Of a DNA stretch of 37,525 bases, positions 32,433-37,525 are shown in pieces; within the stretch, counting starts at the first letter, position 1, and the number at the start of each line of letters is the position of its first letter. The notes below the pieces were generated by a model. It saw nothing but the letters and a program-made list of their open reading frames with translations, was not told where the DNA came from and did not search any database. The position numbers and the translations under genes were made by a program. Source of the DNA: Spirochaetota bacterium (GTDB lineage Bacteria; Spirochaetota; Spirochaetia; Treponematales; UBA12059); the NCBI GenBank assembly GCA_041306765.1, contig JBFZER010000314.1:1-37525 (forward strand), written 5' to 3'.

Positions 32433-33437
32433 GCAGCTCGCCCGCTTGGCGGCCCCGTCCTTTCCGGACTTGCCGCGTCCCGCCTCGAACACCCGCTGGA
32501 GCAGGCAGAAGAGGAAGACCAGGAACCCGATGGCGATGCGGGTCCACCAGGAATTCAGGGTTCCCTGGAACATGATGAGCACCTGGATGGTGCCGTATAC
32601 CAGGACTCCGAACACCGTTCCCACCACGCCGCCGACGCCCCCGGTGAGCAGGGTACCTCCGATGACGACCGTGGCGATGGCGTCCATCTCCATTCCCCGT
32701 CCGTTCAGGGCGTAGCCGGCCAGGGTGTAGAAAGAGAACACGATTCCCGAGAGGGCGGAGCAGAAGCCCGAGATCGCGTAGATGCCGATCTTCGTGCGGG
32801 CCACGGGGAGGCCCATGAGGACTGCGGACTGTTCGTTCCCGCCTATCGCGTAGATCGTTCGCCCGAACTTGGTGGACTTCAGGATGAAACCCCCTGCGGC
32901 CACGACCGCCAGGGCGATGATCACGCTCGGGGATACGCTGTTGGCCGTCTCGGCGGGAATCCGCGCGTTCGCCATCCCCTGCCAGAACCCGTTTTTTATG
33001 CCGATGGCGTCGATGCTCACCACGTAGCACAGGCCCCGGGCCAGGTAGAGCCCCGCGAGGGTGACGATGAAGGGCGGGAGGGTGAAGGCGTGGATGATGT
33101 ACCCCATGAAGGCACCCAGGCCGAGTCCCACCGCCAGGACGGTCCCTATCACGAGGACCGGCTCCCAGCCCGCCCGTTCCAGGAGGTAGGAGGAGAGCAT
33201 GGTGGACAGGGCGAGCATGGAACCCACCGAGAGGTCTATGCCTCCCGCCACGATGACCAGGGTCATGCCGACGGCCAGCACCAGGAGGTAGGCGTTGTCG
33301 ATGAACAGGTTGAGGAAGTTCTGCAGGGAGAAGAATCCGGGAAAGGAGACGGATCCCGCCGCGAACATGAGCAGGAACAGGCCCAGGGTGACAAGGGAGG
33401 GCAGGTTCCTCAGGTTGAACGCTCCGCTCCGCCTCAT
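32430..33437 (-). CDS. yjfF: Sugar ABC permease, YjfF-like
   Basis: This is the real part of track ORF 32430..34403. The ATG at 33437 overlaps the upstream stop (ATGA, 33434-33437). The protein begins MRRSGAFNLRNLPSLVTL... and has family blocks VIVAGGIDLSVGS and FGRTIYAIGGNEQSAVLMGLPV. Confidence 0.85.
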   Translation of the reverse strand: MRRSGAFNLRNLPSLVTLGLFLLMFAAGSVSFPGFFSLQNFLNLFIDNAYLLVLAVGMTLVIVAGGIDLSVGSMLALSTMLSSYLLERAGWEPVLVIGTVLAVGLGLGAFMGYIIHAFTLPPFIVTLAGLYLARGLCYVVSIDAIGIKNGFWQGMANARIPAETANSVSPSVIIALAVVAAGGFILKSTKFGRTIYAIGGNEQSAVLMGLPVARTKIGIYAISGFCSALSGIVFSFYTLAGYALNGRGMEMDAIATVVIGGTLLTGGVGGVVGTVFGVLVYGTIQVLIMFQGTLNSWWTRIAIGFLVFLFCLLQRVFEAGRGKSGKDGAAKRASC

Positions 33438-34471
33438 GCCGCCGCCTCCTTCCCGCCCGCGGATCCCCGGCCCAGGAAGCCCGCCATGGAGGACCGGAGC
33501 CTGGGGGACTGCAGGAGGCTCACGACCCAAACGACCAGGGCCTTCACCAGGAAGGCTATCTCGGGCGGCACGTTGAAGGCGTAGATCGTCGTGGTCAGGG
33601 TCTGCACGATGAGGGCGCCCACCATGGACCCCATGAGGTAGAACTTCCCGCCTGTCATGGACGTCCCGCCGAGCACCACGGCCAGGATGGCGTTCATCTC
33701 GTAGCCGTCCCCCGCGTTGTTGCCGTCCGCGCTCATCACCGTGGAGCAGACGACCAGCCCGGACACCCCGGCGCAGAAGCCCGAGAAGGTGTAGACCCAG
33801 AACACGAGGTTCTTGGCGTTGATCCCGGCGAAGCGCGCCGCGGTCGGGTTGATGCCCACGGCCTCGATGAACAGGCCCAGGGCTGTCCTGCGGGTCACCA
33901 GCATGGTCGCCAGGAGCAGGAAGGCCACCATGTACAGGGAGAACGGCAGGCCCAGGAGGTAGCCCTGGCCGAGGAGGGCGAAGGGCTTGGCGTAGAGCCA
34001 GACGACCATGGCGTTCGTTGTCACCATCGCGATTCCCCGGCCCGCGACCAGGAGTATGAGGGTCGCGATCACGGGCTGCATTCCGATGCGGGACACCAGG
34101 AGACCGTTCCACATCCCCGCCAGGGTTGCGACGAGCACCGCCGCGGCCATGGCCAGGAAAATCGGGTTCTTCGGGACGCCCTTCAGGTCCCCGCCGATCA
34201 GCATGGCCACGACGCCGGCGGAAATGGCCACTACCGACCCGACGGAGATGTCGACCCCCTTGGTCGCGATGACCAGGGTCAGGCCGATGGCGAGGAACAT
34301 GATGGGCGCGGAGTTCTTGAGGATGTCGATCACGTTGCCGTATAGGTGCCCTTCCTTGATCTCGACCCGGAAGAAGTTGGGCGTGAAGAAGAGGTTGAAG
34401 CACATGAGGAGCACGAGGGCGGCCAGGGGCCAGAAGATCTTCTTCCGTGCGAGGTTCCGTAGGAATGCCAT
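33434..34471 (-). CDS. ytfT: Sugar ABC permease, YtfT-like
   Basis: 345 aa and multi-TM, with VIATKGVDISVGS and LGLFIEAVGINPTAARFAGINA. The ATPase gene stop (34473) lies 1 nt upstream of this gene's start. Confidence 0.85.
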   Translation of the reverse strand: MAFLRNLARKKIFWPLAALVLLMCFNLFFTPNFFRVEIKEGHLYGNVIDILKNSAPIMFLAIGLTLVIATKGVDISVGSVVAISAGVVAMLIGGDLKGVPKNPIFLAMAAAVLVATLAGMWNGLLVSRIGMQPVIATLILLVAGRGIAMVTTNAMVVWLYAKPFALLGQGYLLGLPFSLYMVAFLLLATMLVTRRTALGLFIEAVGINPTAARFAGINAKNLVFWVYTFSGFCAGVSGLVVCSTVMSADGNNAGDGYEMNAILAVVLGGTSMTGGKFYLMGSMVGALIVQTLTTTIYAFNVPPEIAFLVKALVVWVVSLLQSPRLRSSMAGFLGRGSAGGKEAAA

Positions 34472-34472
34472 G

Positions 34473-35993
34473 CTACCTGCCTCCCGCTATGGTGCGCATG
34501 ATGCCCGATTCGGTCATCTCCGGCCCTGCCAGCTGGGCCACCAGGGCCTTGTCCTTGAAGACCGCCACCTTGCTGGAGCAGCGGAGGACCTCCTCGAATT
34601 CGGAGGATATGAACAGGAGGCCCAGCCCGGCGCGGCTGAGGTTCAGGATCTGCTCCATGATCTCCAGCTTGGCCCCGACGTCTATGCCCCTCGTCGGCTC
34701 GTCGAGGATGAGGATGCTCGGATCCGTGGCGAGCCAGCGGGCCAGCATCACCTTCTGCTGGTTCCCCCCCGAGAGCTGCTTCGCCTCCCCCGAGGCTCCG
34801 GCCGTCTTGATCCCGAGCTCCCGGATCAGCCGATCCGCGATCTCGAGCTGTTTCTTGGGCGAGATGAACCGGAAGGCTCCGCGCTTGGTCTGCAGGGCCA
34901 GGATGAGGTTCTCCCGGATCGAGAGCTCCGCGAAGATGCCCTCGTCCTTTCGGTCCTCGGAGCAGAACCCGATGCCCAGGGCCATCGCGGCCCGGGGGGA
35001 TCCGATCTGCGCCGGCTTTCCCTTCACGGCGATCTCGCCGCAGTCGGCCTTGTCGATCCCGAACAGGAGCCGTGCGGTCTCCGTCCTTCCCGACCCGAGG
35101 AGCCCCGCCAGGCCGAGGACCTCGCCGCCCTCCAGGTCCAGGTCGAAGGGCGCCACGCCTCCCCGCCGCCCCAGGCCCCGGGCGCGCAGGAGTTCTCCCG
35201 CCGAGGCGGAGGCCGCCCGGGCTTTCGCGTCCTCCCCGGGGGATGCCTGGCTGAACTCGGAGAGCTCCTTGCCCAGCATCTTGGCCACCAGCTCCAGCTT
35301 GGGGAGCCTGGCGGCTTCGTATTCTCCGATGAACTCGCCGTTCTTGAGGATCGTGATCCGGTCCGCGATCTGGTAGGTCTGGTCCAGGAAGTGGGTGATG
35401 AAGAGGATGGCCATGCCTTCGTCCCGGAGCTTCCGGACGACCTTGAAGAGCTGGGCGACTTCACGCTCGTCGAGGCTCGAGGTCGGTTCGTCCAGCACGA
35501 GGACCTTGGCCGACGAGTCCAGGACACGGGCGATGGCCACCATCTGCTGGACGGCGATCGAGCAGGTCGCCAGGGTCTTCGTGACGTCCACCGCCAGGTT
35601 GAGCCTTCCGAGTACCTCCTGGGCTTTCCCGCGCATGGCTTTCCAGTCGATGCGTCCGAGGCGCAGGGGTTCCCGGCCGATGAAGATGTTTTCGGCCACC
35701 GAGAGGTTGGGACAGAGGTTGATCTCCTGGTACACCGCGTTGATCCCGAGCTTCCGGGCGGCCAGGGGGGAGTCGGGTCGTATGGGCCGGCCTTCCAGGA
35801 GCATCTCCCCCCCGTCATGGCGGTACACGCCGGTGAGCACCTTCACGAGGGTGGACTTGCCCGCGCCGTTCTGTCCCATCAGCGCGTGCACCTCGCCCTT
35901 CCACAAGCGGAAATCCACGCCGGACAATGCCAGGACGCCCGGGAATTCCTTGCTGATCTTCTTCATCTCCACGATCGGAGCTCTGTCGGACAT
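34473..35993 (-). CDS. ytfR: Sugar ABC ATP-binding protein, tandem-NBD CUT2 type, YtfR-like
   Basis: 506 aa with Walker A GQNGAGKST, signature LSGGNQQKV, Walker B VLVLDEPT, and a second NBD with GLLGSGRTE and ILILDEPTRGID. Confidence 0.9.
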   Translation of the reverse strand: MSDRAPIVEMKKISKEFPGVLALSGVDFRLWKGEVHALMGQNGAGKSTLVKVLTGVYRHDGGEMLLEGRPIRPDSPLAARKLGINAVYQEINLCPNLSVAENIFIGREPLRLGRIDWKAMRGKAQEVLGRLNLAVDVTKTLATCSIAVQQMVAIARVLDSSAKVLVLDEPTSSLDEREVAQLFKVVRKLRDEGMAILFITHFLDQTYQIADRITILKNGEFIGEYEAARLPKLELVAKMLGKELSEFSQASPGEDAKARAASASAGELLRARGLGRRGGVAPFDLDLEGGEVLGLAGLLGSGRTETARLLFGIDKADCGEIAVKGKPAQIGSPRAAMALGIGFCSEDRKDEGIFAELSIRENLILALQTKRGAFRFISPKKQLEIADRLIRELGIKTAGASGEAKQLSGGNQQKVMLARWLATDPSILILDEPTRGIDVGAKLEIMEQILNLSRAGLGLLFISSEFEEVLRCSSKVAVFKDKALVAQLAGPEMTESGIMRTIAGGR

Positions 35994-36084
35994 CGGCTTC
36001 CTCCAGCGGGTATGGCGGCCGGGGCATCCCGGGTACCCGGGACACTCGGCGCTTCGGACGGAACGGGCGGCCGTCCCCGGGCAT

Positions 36085-36126
36085 GCGGGAGGCGCGGAAC
36101 GGGATATGCCCGTCCGCGCCTCCCGC
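36085..36126 (-). other. Very stable intercistronic hairpin between the binding-protein and ATPase genes
   Basis: The stem has 14 + 4 bp with a single bulged A (36099) and loop ATATG (36104-36108). Pairing runs 36085-36098 with 36113-36126, and 36100-36103 with 36109-36112. No U-run follows on the coding (minus) strand. Confidence 0.5.
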
Positions 36127-36157
36127 GCCCGCCGTTTTTAAATTCTTGCGGTCGAAA

Positions 36158-37120
36158 TCAGTACTGGCGGGTCGGCAGGGCCGCCGCGGCGTTGGACTCG
36201 TCGAAGATGCCCTCGATCGTCCAGATCCGGGCGGGGAGCTTCTTCCCGTCCCGGAGGTCCCGGACGGCCTGCACCGCCTGGGGCCCGAGCAGGGGGCTGC
36301 ACTCGATGGAGGCGTTCATCTCCCCCGCCACCATGGCCTCGAAGGCGCCCTTCACGGCGTCCACTCCTACGATGATGATGTCCTTGCCGGGCTTGAGGCC
36401 GGCTTCCTTGATGGCCTGGATGGCGCCGAGGGCCATCTGGTCGTTGTGGGCGTAGAGGACCTGGATGTTCTTGTCCGCCTTCAGGAAGGCTTCCATGACC
36501 TGCTTGCCTTCGGAGCTGGTGAAGTTGCCGGTCTGGGAGCGGGTCAGGATCCAGTTCGGATGGGTCTTCATCACCGTGGCGAACCCGGTCTTGCGGTCGA
36601 TGGCGGGCGCCGACCCGGTGGTGCCCTGGAGTTCGACGATGTTGATCTGCTTCTTGCCGTCGTCCATGCCCTTCTTCTTGAGGTAGTCGGCCAGCCAGGT
36701 CCCGGCCTTCTCGCCTTCCTTCACGAAATCGGATCCCATGATGGTGAGCCGGAGGTGGCGGTCGGAGGCCTGGACGTCCCGGTCGATCATGATGACGGGG
36801 ATTCCGGCCCTCTTGGCTTCCTCGAGGACGGGGCCGTATCCGGTCTCGACCAGGGCCGTGAAGACGATGCAGTCGACCTTGCGGGCGATGAAGGAGCGCA
36901 GGGCCTTGATCTGGTTCTCGGGCTTCTGTTGGGCGTCCGAGTAGATCAGGGTGAAGCTCGTGTCCTCGAGGAACGAGTTCTGCACGGAGATGGTGTTGGC
37001 CGTGCGCCATTCGCTCTCGGAGCCGATCTGGGAAAATCCGACGACCCAGTGCTTGGGCGCCGCGAACGCGGCCGCGGCGAACAACGCCAGCACGGCCATC
37101 AACACTGCCACTTTCTTCAT
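36158..37120 (-). CDS. ytfQ: Periplasmic furanose-type sugar-binding protein, YtfQ-like
   Basis: 320 aa with signal peptide MKKVAVLMAVLALFAAAAFA. It is collinear by eye with E. coli YtfQ: VGFSQIGSESEWR, QQKPENQIKALRSFIA, NIVELQGTTGSAPAIDRKTGF, RSQTGNFTSSEGKQVMEAFLKA, YAHNDQMALGAIQAIKEAGLKPGKDI and GEMNASIE. AAGGAGG lies 8 nt upstream of the ATG. Confidence 0.9.
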   Translation of the reverse strand: MKKVAVLMAVLALFAAAAFAAPKHWVVGFSQIGSESEWRTANTISVQNSFLEDTSFTLIYSDAQQKPENQIKALRSFIARKVDCIVFTALVETGYGPVLEEAKRAGIPVIMIDRDVQASDRHLRLTIMGSDFVKEGEKAGTWLADYLKKKGMDDGKKQINIVELQGTTGSAPAIDRKTGFATVMKTHPNWILTRSQTGNFTSSEGKQVMEAFLKADKNIQVLYAHNDQMALGAIQAIKEAGLKPGKDIIIVGVDAVKGAFEAMVAGEMNASIECSPLLGPQAVQAVRDLRDGKKLPARIWTIEGIFDESNAAAALPTRQY

Positions 37121-37279
37121 GTCGAATTCCTCCTTGGAGATATCTCGTCGCTATCACGCGACACCGCTCCCGTCCGCGATGGCGGCCCGGGAAATCGCCC
37201 GCGGCCCCGGACGACGCCGGAACCCCGCACGGACTATCCGATCCTTGCTGTGCTGCCTTCCGCCTCCTTCCGGGTACGT

Positions 37280-37525
37280 CTACTTCTGGACATTGAGGAA
37301 CTTGTAGAGGTTCTTGTTGGCCAGGACGTCCGCGATCGTGAAGGTGAGCGGCCCGATTACCTTCACGATCGCGCCCTCGGCGTTCATGAGGGTGATCGTG
37401 TTGTTGATCGCGATGATCTTGACCTTGCCCTTGACGTCCAGCACGTCCCCGTACTTGATGTCCCGGGAGTCGCCGTCCGCGGTCATGTAGATCTGTCGTC
37501 CCAGGTACTCGACCACCGTGAGCCT
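37280..37525 (-). CDS. C-terminal fragment of an unidentified protein (gene continues beyond the right window edge)
   Basis: The frame stays open to position 37525 (...RLTVVEYLGRQIYMTADGDSRDIKYGDVLDVKGKVKIIAINN...LNVQK). The M in the track is an internal GTG. G/C third positions are consistent with coding. I do not recognise the family. Confidence 0.5.
   Translation of the reverse strand, partial: RLTVVEYLGRQIYMTADGDSRDIKYGDVLDVKGKVKIIAINNTITLMNAEGAIVKVIGPLTFTIADVLANKNLYKFLNVQK

Noticed and set aside
30061-33030. 989-aa minus-strand ORF across araB, araA and the yjfF-like gene
   Set aside because: It is antisense to araB/araA, which align along their length with the E. coli enzymes. It then switches to overlapping a real minus-strand gene in another frame. 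The composition is Arg/Gly/Pro/His-rich, so this is a shadow ORF.
36028-36041. CCCGGGTACCCGGG resembles a SmaI-KpnI-SmaI polylinker, raising the question of vector contamination or engineering
   Set aside because: Only about 10 nt match common cloning-vector polylinkers. The flanks are native-looking intergenic sequence between two co-oriented operon genes. Short GC palindromes like this are expected by chance in a genome of this composition.
34008-36455. 815-aa plus-strand ORF, plus the similar long ORFs at 9295..11052, 10692..12389, 16180..17625, 22938..24914 and 28564..30021
   Set aside because: All are antisense to or out of frame with well-supported genes. All have the same Arg/Pro/Gly-rich, low-complexity character. 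None has a plausible ribosome-binding site or domain motif.
37121-37279. A search for a second copy of the 22-bp LacI-type palindrome upstream of the ytfQ-like gene; GTCGC-N6-GCGAC near 37150-37165 was considered
   Set aside because: It has only 5-bp arms and matches about 5 of 8 positions of the CGTGTAC-type half-site. That is not distinguishable from chance, so it is not reported as an operator.
1-37525. A scan for CRISPR repeats, tRNA/rRNA genes, transposases, integrases, phage genes, toxin-antitoxin pairs or known defence-system genes
   Set aside because: None was recognised. There is no spaced direct-repeat array other than the four short boxes at 20639-20692, and no cloverleaf-like or rRNA-like stretch. 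Every sizeable ORF is accounted for by transport, metabolic or regulatory families. The window looks like core or accessory metabolism rather than a mobile or defence island.

Overview
This is a densely coding, high-GC bacterial chromosomal segment (roughly two-thirds G+C by eye). I found no rRNA, tRNA, CRISPR array, transposase or integrase. All family calls are by-eye motif recognition, not database searches.

I support 33 protein genes plus one doubtful small ORF. Left to right:
- **1-6680, minus strand:** a six-gene string. A DUF3798-type binding protein and a CUT2-like ABC importer (ATPase and two permeases) run by overlapping stop/start codons into a His/Cys-rich COG0701 permease. That permease is followed by its DUF1980 partner, which is cut by the window edge and missing from the ORF track.
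- **6844-11660, minus strand:** an unusual block. It holds a 6-TM membrane protein, a coupled 68-aa ORF, and a secreted transglutaminase-like/TPR protein with what looks like a leaderless promoter. These are followed by DUF72 and an orphan DppB/DppC-like permease pair with no ATPase or binding protein.
- **11764-14885:** a YgiD-type extradiol dioxygenase, a DUF523(TudS-like)-DUF1722 fusion and an EFR1-type ferredoxin.
- **14866-18916:** a cdaR-gntP-glycerate kinase module.
- **18985-20584:** a split GlmU-like pair (nucleotidyltransferase plus LbH protein).
- **20639-25380:** an N-terminally truncated KdpD-like kinase, a KdpE-like regulator, KtrB and KtrA fused into one coupled operon. Four helically phased (T/C)CTTAA boxes sit just upstream.
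- **25493-27990:** an MFS transporter coupled to a serine hydrolase.
- **28046-37120:** a LacI-family regulator with araB and araA, behind a near-consensus promoter and a perfect 22-bp palindrome. It converges on a ytfQRT-yjfF-like furanose ABC importer.

The many very long ORFs antisense to these genes are high-GC shadow ORFs and are rejected.

The best candidates for undescribed biology are the orphan-permease/DUF72/transglutaminase cluster, the KdpDE-KtrBA fusion operon, and the ABC-plus-COG0701/DUF1980 composite operon.
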